In this document: positions 14,788 to 27,434 of the stretch, in pieces
Layout: each line of letters begins with the position of its first letter
How positions within the stretch are numbered: position 1 is the first letter of the stretch
DNA from: Eledone cirrhosa
Lineage: Eukaryota
NCBI GenBank assembly: GCA_964016885.1
Contig: OZ024756.1
Location: 16,244,001-16,308,000 of the forward strand
Direction of reading: 5' to 3'
DNA: 64,000 nucleotides
Position numbers and translations under genes: made by a program
The notes under the pieces: generated by a model
Seen by the model: only the letters and a program-made list of their open reading frames with translations
Databases searched by the model: none
What the model was told of the DNA's origin: nothing

Positions 14788-17700
14788 GTGAGTTTAAAAT
14801 TTTTAACATTTTACAATAAAGATGCGTCATCTAGTGGTTAGGGAGTTGAACTCATGATCATAGGTTCATGGATTTGATTCACTGAGCTAAAAATGTGTAC
14901 AAGCTCTAGTAACTGGTGTGGGAGAGTGAGCTGTGTGATGGACTAGGGTCCCGTTCTCGGTGGTTTTTTTTCTCTCGCTCATTTAACATGCATGTAAGCT
15001 TGGAAAAATGCATGGAAAACGAGTCTAAAACTATAAATTTAATCACTTTTTTCTTGAGTAAATATTATTTTGTTGTTGTTGTTTAGTCCCTGGTCAACCC
15101 TAATAGATGAGACCTATAATCAAATGTGGTAAATCAGCAGAGTTGTTAGAAAGCAAGACAAATTGCCCTGCAAAGTACCACTTTGCAGTGGAATGATAGG
15201 GACCCCAGTCCCTATCATCTCATTTCTACAGCTGAGTAAACTGGAGCAATGTGAAATAAAGTGTCTTGCTCAAGGAAACAACACATCACCTGGTCTGAGA
15301 ATTGAACTCACAACCTTTCGATTGCAAGGCTAATGCTCTAACCACTAAGCCCATGTGCCTCCATGTGTATATATAGATTGTACACACAAGCTTTTTTTCT
15401 GTAGTTAGGCATCACCCCTTCCTTCCTCAATCAGCTCCAGTGTGTAACGTCATCGCCCCTTCCTTCCTCAGTCATCTCTAGTGTGTGACATCATCACCCC
15501 TTCCTTCCTCAGTCATCTCTAGTGTGTGACGTCATCACCCCTTCCTTCCTCAATCATCTTTAGTGTGTGGCGGAAGGACTGCCGGAAGTCTCTCAAATTT
15601 ATATAGAGATAAAGTAGCAGCCGATTACTGGTGGATTGGTAAAATTGTTAGACAAGAGATCTTGCCATATTAGTTTAGGCTGTCTGCCCTCTGACTCCAT
15701 CAACATCATTATTTAACTTCTATTTTCTGTGCTAGCAAAGGTTGGGCTTGTCATTACAGACTGATCAGGACTCAGGTGGGGGCAGGGAGCTGGATATACA
15801 ATCTGGCACCAGGACAAGGGAAGTTATGTCTTTGACACAGCTGAACAGTTTTTCTGACCCTGTGTTTGATGCCTTTTCTATCATCAACCACTTTACAGAA
15901 CGTTTATTGTGTAAATCACCTACACTAAGGAGGTTGTTGTATCTTTAACATAGTTGAAGAGTCCTCACCACCCTTTGTTTGACAGGTTTTCTCTGACTGG
16001 ATACCTTTCATATCACCAATAACTTTACAGAGCATACTGGGTGCTTTTACCATCTAGTTCATCAACACTAGAGAGGTTGCCCCCCTCCACTGATCCCTCG
16101 AGACCCCCTCCCTCTCTAGACACTGTTTCTATTGTATTGTTTTATTTATTGTATTTATCTATTTTCTGTTGTTGAGGTTACTGATGGCCATCCAATGACC
16201 TCCACCACGACCACCACCACTACTTCAGCAGCAGCCCCAGTCCAACAAGCTGGAGGTTTAACCACAACCACAACAGTTCCGGCCCCAGGAGCCCAAGCAA
16301 TTCATCATATCATTCCACAGTCCATATCTATGCCACCAGCTGGTTATATTATTCAAGGACAGTTTGGCCAACAAACTGTGGTAAGATTTTCACCATTTCT
16401 TTTACTTCTTCAGCTGTGTGTTCATAGTTGAGCACTTACTCTTTTACCTGTTCCAGCCATCCAACCGAGGCCATGACTGAACTTTCTATCATTTTATGTA
16501 AGATCCTCTACGTTATGTTCTAAACAAGTGGTCACCAGTGATCCACAGAAAAAGTTTAATGTATTTATCTTTTTTTAAAAATTCATATTAGTAGTCCGTG
16601 GGATTTAATCTGTTGACTGCTGCGTATGTTTTACACAGCTACAGTTGCTGTGCTGGGGGGTTTTTTCCATCTAGTTTTGAAGTTATGACTGTTGGAAGTG
16701 AGTTCATATGAAGTTATGACTGTTGTTAAAGAGTTCATATGAAGTTATGACTGTTGTTAAAGAGTTCATATGAAGTTATGACTGTTGTTAAAGAGTTCAT
16801 ATGAAGTTATGACTGTTGTTAAAGAGTTCATATGAAGTTATGACTGTTGGTAAAGAGTTCATATGAAGTTATGACTGTTGTTAAAGAGTTCATATGAAGT
16901 TATGACTGTTGTTAAAGAGTTCATATGAAGTTATGACTGTTGGTAAAGAGTTCATATGAAGTTATGACTGTTGGAAACGAGTTCATATGAAGTTATGACT
17001 GTTGGAAACGAGTTCATATGAAGTTATGACTGTTGGTAAAGAGTTCATATGAAGTTATGACGCTTGGTAAAGAGTTCAAACATGTTAGGACAAGTTATTG
17101 CGTCCGTGGCACTAAAGAGGTTAAAATTATGAATTTAGTGGTCCATGAAGTCCAAAAGGTCAGTGACTGCTGTTCTAAATAGTAGCCTGATAATGAACAA
17201 ATTAGTTATATTATTAAATTGTTTCAAGTTCTTCATTTGAAAATAACAGGCTATGTTTTTCACTAGAAATATGGTATCAAAAACCTTGTCATAATTTTCT
17301 TTGTAAAAACATGTTCAAAATAGCTGCTAAAAAATGAGAAAGTTAGTTATATTATTAAATCCCTCTAAATTGCTAAATCTCTTTAAATTCTTGATTATTT
17401 TCAAAACTATTTGAAAATAAATAAAAAATTATTAGAAATATGGTAACTAAAAAAAAGAAAAAATCTAAACTTTCCATTATAATTCTATGTAAGAACTTTT
17501 TGTTAAGCCATGTTCTAAACACAAACCTGATAAAGAATTAAGTTTGTTTTCTCACTAAATCACTTCAAATTCTTGATTAAGTAAAAAAGATTAATTGAAA
17601 CATATAGACTGTATATTTCATTAGAAATCTGGTTCTGAAAGAGTTAACCATTTACTTTATATTTTCATGGTATAATATCAAATCTATATTTTCTTGTATA

Positions 17701-20700
17701 ATATCAAATCTACAAGATTTTGATGATGTTATTATTTATTTTGAGAATAATAACCTTAATGTATTTTTTCCGAAATCTATCGTCCATTTTACATTGCCAT
17801 AGCCTTCGAATAAGATACAAATTTATACACTAACACAATGCTTCAAGCAAATTACAACACTCTCTTATAAATATATTTGTTTTGTTAGATCCCTATATCT
17901 GCAAATCTATCAGCTGCAAATCTATCAACTGGACTCTCCCTCTCCACACATGATCTCCAGCAACTCCATCAGCAAATACAACAACAACTACAACACCAAC
18001 AACAACTTCAGCAGCAACACCAGGCTGCAGCTAATGCTGTACAGGCAGCCTTATTACAACAACAGCAACAGCAACAGCAACAACAACAACAGCAATCTCC
18101 AGCACTGGCTGCTGTCGTCACACAAGCATGTCAGGTGATTTGAGTAAAAGTTTTCTAATTTTGTTTTTGACTTAAGAGATGCCATTAGTGTTTTAGACTG
18201 AGAGATGGGGTTAGTGTTTTAGACTGAGAGATGGGGTTAGTGTTTTAGACTGAGAGATGGGGTTAGTGTTTTAGACTGAGAGATGGGGTTAGTGTTTTAG
18301 ACTGAGAGATGGGGTTAGTGTTTTAGACTGAGAGATGTTAGTGTTTTACACTGAGAGATGTTAGTGTTTTACACTGAGAGATGGGGTTAGTGTTTTACAC
18401 TGAGAGATGGGGTTAGTGTTTTACACTGAGAGATGTTAGTGTTTTAGACTGAGAGATGGGGTTAGTGTTTTACACTGAGAGATGTTAGTGTTTTAGACTG
18501 AGAGATGGGGTTAGTGTTTTACACTGAGATGATTTTGCAGGAAAATGTCTTCTAAAATGTGTTTTGTTAATCCAAATATTAATATTAATCCAAGTGTCTA
18601 TAGTCTCTACTAGTGGACAATATTTTCAGTATTAGTGGAAATACATTTATATTTTAAGTGATGCAGTTAGTTATGCTAAAAATATGTTTCATCATCATCA
18701 TCAGTTTTTTTTCCTTGCTCGCAAGAGTTAGATATGTATAGGTCTTAACTAATTAGATAATAATTTTTAAAATAACCACATCCCGAAACTATTTTGAATC
18801 ATCATCATCATCATTTCCATTTAGCATCAATTCCTCAATGCTTGCATGGGTTAGATGGGTCATCCATGCCGGGAGGCAAGTCTTGGCCATTGTTAACCAT
18901 GTAACCCCTTGCTCCGGCGAGGACTGTAAATTTGGTTGGGTGTTTTACAGCTGGATAATGAATGCAGTTAATAAAAGACATTCTCATACAGACGTCACTA
19001 AACATCTTCAAAAGCAAAATATCTTATCAGCCATTAATTCATCAATTAAATTGTTGATATTTTTTAAAGATAATTATTGGGAGAAAATTGATAAACTTCA
19101 AAACATTTTTCATTGAAATTAAAGCATCGTGTTGTTGAACAACAAAAGAAGCCTTTAGAGTTATCCCCCTTTGTGTAGTGTGCATATTGATATTATATGC
19201 AAATATACATGCATGTAGGCGTTGGACAAAGCATGTCTCTAAGATTGTCAAGAAGGCCGAGGGTGTCTTGGCATCACTCAGCAAGACCTTTGTTAGCCGC
19301 TCTCCAGCCATCTGTTTAAAACTGTATACAGCTATGGTACGACCACACTTGGAATTCGCATCATCAGTCTGGAACCCCTATCTTGCTCAGAACATTGACC
19401 TCCTGGAAACTATTCAGAGACGTGCAACCAAGCGCATACCCTCCATCAGACACCTACCATACTCTGAACGCCTTGCTTCCCTGGGCATGGATTCATTGAA
19501 GCTCCGACGTCTGGCAATGGACTTGGTGAATACCCACAAAATTTTTAACCATCTCGCCAATTGCAACCCTGAGCGCCTCTTTGATCTCCATGTGTCTAAC
19601 ACACGTGGACATGCCTACAAGATCAGAAAACAGCACAGCTCCCATGACTTTCGTAGACATTTTTTAACGCTCAGAGTTGCTGAAGCATGGAACAAACTGC
19701 CTGCGTCAATTGTTAGCTGCCGAGACACTGCATCCTTTAAGACACTCATGCTTCCCGAAATATGCCAAAACTACACCTGATGTACCCCTTCCATACACAT
19801 GCACACGTGTGTATCATGACTCGTGCACTGTTCATTTTACTGATGTTTGTGCATTGCCCTATGTACTGTACATGCACTTTTTTGAGAGTTGTGGTGCACC
19901 TGGGCACTGTACACAATATTTCATTATTGTTATTGTTATTATATCATGACTCATACACTGTTCATTTTCCTGACATTTGTACATTATTCTATGTACTATA
20001 CATGCACCTTTGATGAGTTGTAGTGCACCTGAGCACTGTACACAATAATTTCATTATTATTATTATTATATTATTATATGATATGTCAAATAAAATCGTA
20101 ATTGACAATATGCACAGAAATTGAACGAAGTCTGTGTTACACTCTCTTCTGTAATCAGTAAAGTAATCCATGACACATTAAAAAAAGACGACATTATATA
20201 TAAACTGCATATATGATAAACTAAAATGTTATGAAAATGAAAAAGGAGAAAATTAGCAACGGAAATATAAACCTCATATAACAATGCAAATATATGAACG
20301 TTTATATAAGCGATGTGATGAGTATTATATAACAGACGCTAACTGGGAGTGTTGACATTTGAAAATTTTAAAGAAGTGAATGTGAAAATAAGCAATACTT
20401 TATATATAAGAATATTTATGTTTAATCAAGAGCTACAAAATTTATTAGATAAATTACAAAATATTCATTCATTATTTATTCAAAGTGATCCAACTTATTT
20501 TACTAATGGGATAAAAAAATATAAAACGGACGCTGTCCCGCACACTTCCCTTTATTATATTATAGATATAATATTGTATTTTCACGGTAAAGGCTTTACT
20601 CACGTGATATGGAGGCACATGGCTTAGTGGTTAGAGCATTGGCCTTGCAATTGAAAGGTTGTGAGTTCAATTCTCAGCAAGACACTTTATTTCACATTGC

Positions 20701-23700
20701 TCCAGTTTGCTCAGCTGTAGAAATGAGATGATAGGGACTGGGGTCCATATCATTCCACTGCAAAGTGGTCGTGCAAAAAAGCACCCAGCACTCACTGTAA
20801 ATGAGGTTGGTGTTAGGAAGGGCATCCAGCTGTAGAAATCAAGCCAGAATCAATTCCCGTCCCACCCTTGCAAGCAGGGAAAAGCGGACGTAAAATGATG
20901 ATGATGATGATGATGATATCTCACATAAATTTGAAGCTATGAGATTTTGATAACAATACCTTAACATAAGTATGAGCAGCCGGTTATAGCCAGTTTGAAC
21001 AGAAAGAGTTGAGAGAATTCTGGCCAAATATGGCCGGTTTAAATGCTAAAGGGTTAATGTTATTTCATGTAGTCTTGTGCAGTACAGGATATTAAAATTT
21101 AATATTTGACATTATTTAAGAGGATTTTTTACATTTTCTGTTGACTAGATTACACCACAGCCACAGCGAGTACAAGCAGCTACAGTACAATCTTCTCCAA
21201 TTGTACCAAAAGCTCCAACTCAAGTTACATATTCTCCAGCTTCAACAGCACCTCAGGTTGTGACTACTACTCCTGCTGCTCAGCAACCCTCTCCATACCA
21301 AGGGATGCAGCAGTTTGTTCTTGTTAATCCGGCCCAAATGTCTTCAAGCTTACAGCCACAATTCATTTTACAGAATCCGGTAAGCTTGTCACAATCTTTT
21401 TTTACTTTCTTTACCCTTTAGCATTCACATTGCTCTATATATACTATTGTATTTTCACAGTAAAGGCTTTACCTCAAATAATTATCTCACATAGTATCGA
21501 ATCTATGAGATTTTGATATTATTTATTTTGAGAACAATACCTTAACATAAGTATGAGCAGCTGGTTTGAACAGAAAGAGGTGAGAGAATTCTGGCTGGAT
21601 ACAGCCGGTTTAAAGGGTTAATTAAGTATTTTCTCAGTAAATGTATCTTAATGTAAGTCCTTTGGTGTGTTGAGTTGTAGCCAACCCATTATCTCTGTAT
21701 AAGCCTATGTTTTTTGTGGTGGAGTTGTAGCCAACCCATCATCTCTATATAAGCCTATGTCTTTTGTGGTGGAGTTGTAGCCAACCCTTCATCTCTATAT
21801 AAGCCTATGTCTTTTGTGGTGGAGTTGTAGCCAACCCTTCATCTCTATATAAGCCAATGTCTTTTGTGGTAAAGTTGTAGCCAACCCATCATCTCTATAT
21901 AATCCTATGTCTTTTGTGGTGGAGTTATAGCCAACCCATCATCTCTATATAAGCCTATGTCTTTTGTGGTGGAGTTGTAGCCAACCCTTCATCTCTATAT
22001 AAGCCTATGTCTTTTGTGGTGGAGTTGTAGCCAACCCTTCATCTCTATATAAGCCTATGTCTTTTGTGGTAAAGTTGTAGCCAACCCATCATCTCTATAT
22101 AATCCTATGTCTTTTGTGGTGGAGTTGTAGCCAACCCATCATCTCTATATAAGCCTATGTCTTTTGTGGTAAAGTTGTAGCCAACCCATCATCTCTATAT
22201 AATCCTATGTCTTTTGTGGTGGAGTTGTAGCCAACCCATCATCTCTATATAAGCCAATGTCTTTTGTGGTAAAGTTGTAGCCAACCCATCATCTCTATAT
22301 AATCCTATGTCTTTTGTGGTGGAGTTGTAGCCAACCCTTCATCTCTATATAAGCCAATGTCTTTTGCGGTGGAGTTAGAGTTGTAGCCAACCCTTCATCT
22401 CTATATAAGCCAATGTCTTTTGTGGTGGAGTTGTAGCCAACCCATCATCTCTATATAAGCCTATGTCTTTTGCGGTGTATGTAGAATAGGTACACCACAT
22501 CAGTGCATATGTTGAGATGAGATTTTGAGTTGGTACTTGGAAGAGTATCTGGCAACAATAACAATGTCAACAACAACAACAACAACAACAAGCAACAACA
22601 ATATCAACAGAGACAACAATAATAGCGACATCAATAACATTCATAACAACAACAACAACAACAGCAGCAACAATAAAATCAACAGAGACAGCATTAACAA
22701 CGACTACATCGATAAAATTCATAAGAAACAACAACAGCAGCATAAAAAAACCACAACAAATGTTGACATCAACAACAACAAGATCAACAGCGACAACATT
22801 AACAACAACGACAGCAACAAGATCAACAAGATCAACAACAACAACAACAACAAAATTCATAACATTTTTTTTTGTCTTTTCATTCCTCAGAATTCTATCT
22901 TCAGTTTTCTTTCCTTTGTCTCTTCAGGGAATTTCAATGATGACGGCAACAGCACTAGCAGCAGCACAACAACAACAGCAGCAGCAGCAGCAACAACAAC
23001 AACAACAACAACAAGCAGCTGCAGCAGCAGCAGTAGTAGCAGCAGCAGCACCAGCATCAGTTGTTGTAACACAACCGGCAGCTGTGAATGTAGTTGGTTC
23101 AAGCGGCGGAGGCCTGATGGTAAATAGTAGTCCACAGGTCCAAATACCGACAACAGCAGCAGTGACAGTGGCGGTGTCCCCGCAGACATTGGCTAGCCAA
23201 TCAGTAGTTCCCTCCACCACCACCTCCACCATCACTACCACTGCTGCTACTGCAGCTGTCGCTGCCACACCACCCACTGCCTCCGTCAATACAATGTCCG
23301 CAGCATCAAACGCCTCAAACGCTGCCAGTTTGACGTCAACAATGTTAACGTCTTCCCCGTCACCGCCAATTGTCAACCTTTCTATCCAGGTGAGAATTAC
23401 CTCTATTTCAATGCCACCAGCATCACCATCGCCATCATCATCATCGTCATCATCATCACCACTGCCATCATAATCACCTCCACCATCACCATCATCATAA
23501 TCACCTCTGCCATCACCACCACTGCCATCATCATAATCACCTCCACCATCACCACCACCATCATCATAATAACCTCCACCACCACCACCACCATCATCAT
23601 AATCACCTCCACCACCACCACCACCACCACCATCATCATAATGACCTCCACCACCACCACCACCACCACCACCATCATCATAATCACCTCCGTCATCACC

Positions 23701-24059
23701 ACCACCACCACCACCATCATCATCATCCCAACACACACACACACCCAAGACCTCATAATTGTAAAGTGAACATCTTAACCACTCAGCCATGTACACAGAC
23801 TCAGTTCCTCCCTCAACACACACACACCCAAGACTTCATCATTGTGAAGTCAACATCTTAACCACTCAGCTATGTCTACAGACTCGGTTCCTCCCTCCAC
23901 ACACACACACCCAAGACCTCATAATTGTAAAGTGAACATCTTAACCACTCAGCCATGTACACAGACTCAGTTCCTCCCTCAACACACACACACCCAAGAC
24001 TTCATCATTGTGAAGTCAACATCTTAACCACTCAGCTATGTCTACAGACTCAGTTCCTC

Positions 24060-24096
<37 letters not shown>

Positions 24097-26518
24097 AAGA
24101 CCTCATGATTGTGAAGTCAACATCTTAACCACTCAGCTATGTCTGTGACCCTACTATTCACTGATACTAATTATTCTTTCAGTCTGAAGAAAGTATCGAC
24201 TTAGAAGAATTGGAGCAATTTGCAAAGACATTCAAACGTCGACGAATAGAACTTGGTGAGTGTGTTGACCTTTTTTGTGATATTTTGTGTTAAGAATGTT
24301 CTAGAGCAGGATTTCCCAAACCCAAACTTTTTCAAACACAGAACCCTTTTTGGTTCAGAAATTTTTGGGGTAACCCCAAAGTCTAATAATTTTCTCTACT
24401 GTTGGCCCAAGGCCAGCAATTATTCCAGTACATTACTGGTGCTTTATTTTATCAACCCCGTAAGGATGAAAGGCAAAGTTAACCTCGGCAGAATTTGAAC
24501 TCAGACCATGAAGTGCCGTAACTCTATGCCGCAAAGTATGTATCGTCTGAGCCTCTACCGATACTGCCAATCCTAAAAGTCTAATACTGTTATATGGTTG
24601 TAATATAGATATACTCCTTTACCTCTTTTCATGGAACCCCAAAGACTCTTTTGCAGAACCCACTTTGGGAACCACTGGTCTAGAGATCCATCCTAATAAT
24701 TTTATATCCACTCTTCCCTGCATGGGTTGGACAGATATTTTACACATGCAGTGTTCCTCCTACTTTCCTCATCTCCCCTTTCAATAATATTGACAATGTA
24801 CTTCTTTTCTCAGTATTTTATTAAACTTGTCATGGGGTCATTTCTCAGGTCATTATATTATGGTCAGTTGGTCTTACTGGCACCAATTATTTCTCAGGTC
24901 ATTATATTACGGTCAGTTGGTCTTACTGGCACCAATTATTTCTCAGGTCATGATAAAATGCTCCTGGTACATACTGGAAAGTATTTGGTGTTAGGACATA
25001 TATTCAGAAAACTAAGAAACCTAATCCCCAAATGGATCATATGAGCAAGGCATGGTCACATGACATGTCAAGCCTTATAATGTGACGACCCAGGGGTGAC
25101 CTAAAATTATATTTGATAATGCGAGATGCCAGAATATCAATTGTGTGTGTGTATCTCCATATTCATTGGTGTAGGTGTGTGTGTGTGTTCATATACATGG
25201 GTGTATGTATGTGTGTGTGTCTGTATACATGTGTATATGTTTCCTTATACATGTGTGTGTGTGTGTGTTCATATTCATAGGTTTATGAATGCGTGTCTGT
25301 ATACATGTATGTATTTGTGCATTTATTAATCTGTGTGTGTGTGTGTGTGTGTGTGCACATCCTTCTGTGTGAACTTGTGATTTTTAAAGTTATTGATCCT
25401 CTCTCCCTAACGACTCTTCTCATTCAATTCAAATTATTCTTCCAGGTTTCACACAAGGAGACGTTGGTTTAGCCATGGGCAAACTGTATGGGCATGATTT
25501 TAGCCAAACTACGATATCACGTTTTGAGGCCCTTAACCTAAGTTTTAAGAATATGTGTAAACTGAAGCCCCTCCTGCAGAAATGGTTAGCAGATGCTGAT
25601 TCTATATCTTCAAACCCTTCTTCTGTTCCTGGTTCTCCTGTTACGGCAGAATCTATCGGTCGCCGGCGCAAGAAGCGGACCAGCATAGAGTCATCAATTC
25701 GTGTAGCGTTGGAGAAGAGTTTTATCCAGAACCCTAAACCATCATCGGAAGAGATATCAATGCTGGCAGACAACCTCACAATGGAGAAGGAAGTTGTTCG
25801 TGTCTGGTTCTGCAATCGGCGGCAAAAGGAGAAGAGGATCAACCCACCAAGTTCGCTGTCCGGCCCACAACTGCAACTTATGCACCACAATATAACTAGC
25901 GCCACAGACTCAAATATCATTGGCGCGATGCCAACACCCATGACTTCTGCAGAAATTATTAGTAGCGTATTCTCTGGTGTGACAGCAGCAGCAGCAGCAG
26001 CAGCAGCCAATGGCCGTACTACTACTAATACAACTACTATTACTCATAATAATAATAATAATCCTACAGGTAGAGAATATGTTAGTAGTAGTGGTACTAC
26101 TACTACAAGCAGCAACAATAACAACAGCAATATTACTCCGAACATCGGTGGTGGTGTTAACATAGAAAATAACCGTACGACTGCTCTGATGTCAGCAGCG
26201 ACATCGGTACCAACACTAACCGTTAGTAATCCATTAAATATGACTGCAGGGACAAGCCTGGTGCTTACTGCCTGTCACACTCAACAGAACTCCACATCGT
26301 TATCAGACTGTGCAACTGGTGCACACACCACCACCACCACCACCAGCACAACTAACACCACTACCTCACCTCCATCTTCCAACATACAATCACCACCTTT
26401 CACCTTCGTCACCACTGCCACCTCCTCCACCTCCGGATTAATGCAGTCAGCTACGTGTAATCCGAACCATGTTTCCATAGCAACAAGCTTAGACAGTCAC
26501 TCTAGTGAAGTGTCATAG
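14702..26518 (+). CDS. POU2F1: Class II POU homeobox transcription factor (Oct-1/Oct-2/nubbin-pdm type), 7 exons, 5'-incomplete, about 790 aa visible
   Basis: Exons 14702-14787, 16177-16380, 17889-18134, 21149-21379, 22928-23389, 24183-24255 and 25446-26518 have AG acceptors, GT donors and compatible phases (1,0,0,0,0,0,1). POU-specific domain [67 protein letters not shown] and homeodomain [21 protein letters not shown]...[16 protein letters not shown] match class II POU. The symbol denotes the class; one-to-one orthology is not implied. Confidence 0.93.
15177..15362 (-). mobile_element. SINE family A, 5' half, intronic
   Basis: Reverse complement of 4612-4795. Confidence 0.85.
16177..16380 (+). 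CDS. POU2F1: POU2 exon, Thr/Ala/Gln-rich ([12 protein letters not shown]...QFGQQTV)
   Basis: Pyrimidine tract plus gag acceptor, gtaaga donor, 204 nt open frame. Confidence 0.85.
16526..17172. mobile_element. hAT-type MITE containing a 31-bp minisatellite (16679-17078)
   Basis: Degenerate TIRs aagtggtcacc / cagtgactgctg; flanks ttctaaac / ttctaaat; unit gaagttatgactgttgttaaagagttcatat. Confidence 0.6.
17889..18134 (+). CDS. POU2F1: POU2 exon, polyglutamine-rich (IPISANLS...[11 protein letters not shown]...VVTQACQ)
   Basis: tttgttag acceptor, gtgatt donor, 246 nt open frame. Confidence 0.85.
18185..18530. repeat. 23/26-bp minisatellite
   Basis: Unit gttagtgttttagactgagagat(ggg). Confidence 0.92.
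19220..20075 (+). mobile_element. CR1/L2-type LINE 3' fragment with partly duplicated 3' UTR, intronic
   Basis: [20 protein letters not shown]...[10 protein letters not shown]...TRGHAYK...[10 protein letters not shown]; (ATT)n tails at about 19925 and 20055. Confidence 0.88.
20611..20916 (+). mobile_element. SINE family A, intronic
   Basis: Matches 4612-4950 with an internal deletion. Confidence 0.85.
21149..21379 (+). CDS. POU2F1: POU2 exon (ITPQPQRVQ...[11 protein letters not shown]...QFILQNP), not in the ORF track
   Basis: ttgactag acceptor, gtaagc donor, 231 nt open frame. QQFVLV resembles the Gln-rich activation region of Oct-1. Confidence 0.88.
21411..21622. mobile_element. piggyBac-like MITE (CCCTTTAGCATT termini)
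   Basis: ccctttagcatt ... taaagggTTAA. Related termini with TTAA at about 9417, 11980 and 21042. Confidence 0.55.
21670..22478. repeat. 50-bp minisatellite, about 16 copies
   Basis: Unit gagttgtagccaacccatcatctctatataagcctatgtcttttgtggtg. Confidence 0.95.
22928..23389 (+). CDS. POU2F1: POU2 exon with polyQ/polyA tracts (GISMMT...PPIVNLSIQ)
   Basis: tcttcag acceptor, gtgaga donor, 462 nt open frame. Confidence 0.88.
23735..24145. repeat. About 83-bp tandem repeat x5 with alternating variants
   Basis: Unit cacccaagac(c/t)tcat..catcttaaccactcagc..cagactcagttcctcc(ca)n. Confidence 0.88.
24183..24255 (+). CDS. POU2F1: POU2 exon encoding POU-specific helix 1 ([25 protein letters not shown])
   Basis: ctttcag acceptor with tactaat just upstream, gtgagt donor, phase-1 intron in the G of LG|FTQ. 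Confidence 0.95.
24307..24677. mobile_element. hAT-type MITE with nested SINE B
   Basis: TIRs caggatttcccaaa / tttgggaaccactg; 8-bp flanks ttctagag / gtctagag. Confidence 0.75.
25446..26518 (+). CDS. POU2F1: POU2 last coding exon: rest of POU-specific domain, linker, POU homeodomain, Ser/Thr/Asn-rich tail
   Basis: ttccag acceptor, [30 protein letters not shown] stop at 26516-26518. Confidence 0.97.
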
Positions 26519-26624
26519 CTGAACTGTTTACCTTGAATCTATGACATCATCACTCCACTTCACTTGAGGGTCACTCTTTAAAAAAAAAAAAAAGACCCGA
26601 GAGTATTTTATGTGTAAGGGCGTT

Positions 26625-27295
26625 GGTTTCTGTGTTTGATTGGTCGATATATAAGTTCACTGTGAGGCCATTGGTCAATATATCAATGATGATACATAAC
26701 TGAGAGTATGTCATGTGTGAGGGTGTTGGTTTGTGGATTTGATTGGTCGATATATAAGTTTACTGTGAGGCCATTGGTCAGTGTACTGTGAGGCCATTGA
26801 TTTGATTAGTCGATATATATATATTTACTGTGAAGCCATTGGTTTGATTGGTTGATATACATGTTTACTGTGAGACCATTGGTTTCATTGGTCGATATAT
26901 ATGTTTACTGTGAGGCCATTGGACGGTATATATGATTACTGTGAGGCCATTGGTCGGTATATATGTTTACTGTGAGGCCATTGGTCGGTATATATGATTA
27001 CTGTGAGGCCACTGATTTGATTGGTCAGTATATATGTTTACTGTGAGGCCATTGGTCGGTTTATATGATTACTGTGAAGCCATTGGTCAGAATATGTTTA
27101 CTGTGAGGCCATTGGTCGGTATATATGATTACTGTGAGGCCATTGGTTGGTATATATGCTTACTCTGAGGCCATTGGTCGGTATATATGATTACTGTGAG
27201 GCCATTGGTTGGTATATATGCTTACTGTGAGGCCATTGGTCGGTATATATGATTACTGTGAGGCCACTGATTTGATTGGTCAGTATATATGTTTA
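26625..27295. repeat. About 31-bp minisatellite just 3' of the POU2 stop codon
   Basis: Unit tactgtgaggccattggtcggtatatatgat. Confidence 0.92.
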
Positions 27296-27434
27296 TTGTA
27301 TCAATAATGATACAATGTCTGAATATTAGGTGTGATTGTAAATACTGCCACGTTTTCTGTGGGCAACCTTGTCTACCTCTTAACTACTTAAACCACATCA
27401 TTTCAACAATAAAACAACACAGCTGTCCTTACAA

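Noticed and set aside
13265-20291. Octamer ATGCAAAT at 13265, 19197 and 20284 as POU2 autoregulatory sites
   Set aside because: A few matches are expected by chance in 64 kb of AT-rich DNA, and they lie in or beside repeats.
12797-20566. One Helitron capturing POU2 exons (TC-start-like end at 20566 and CTAG end at 12797, both on -)
   Set aside because: The exons splice in frame with the rest of the gene; two independent Helitron fragments are more parsimonious.
22924-26010. Antisense ORFs 22924-23823 and 25429-26010
   Set aside because: Shadows of the + strand exons and triplet repeats.
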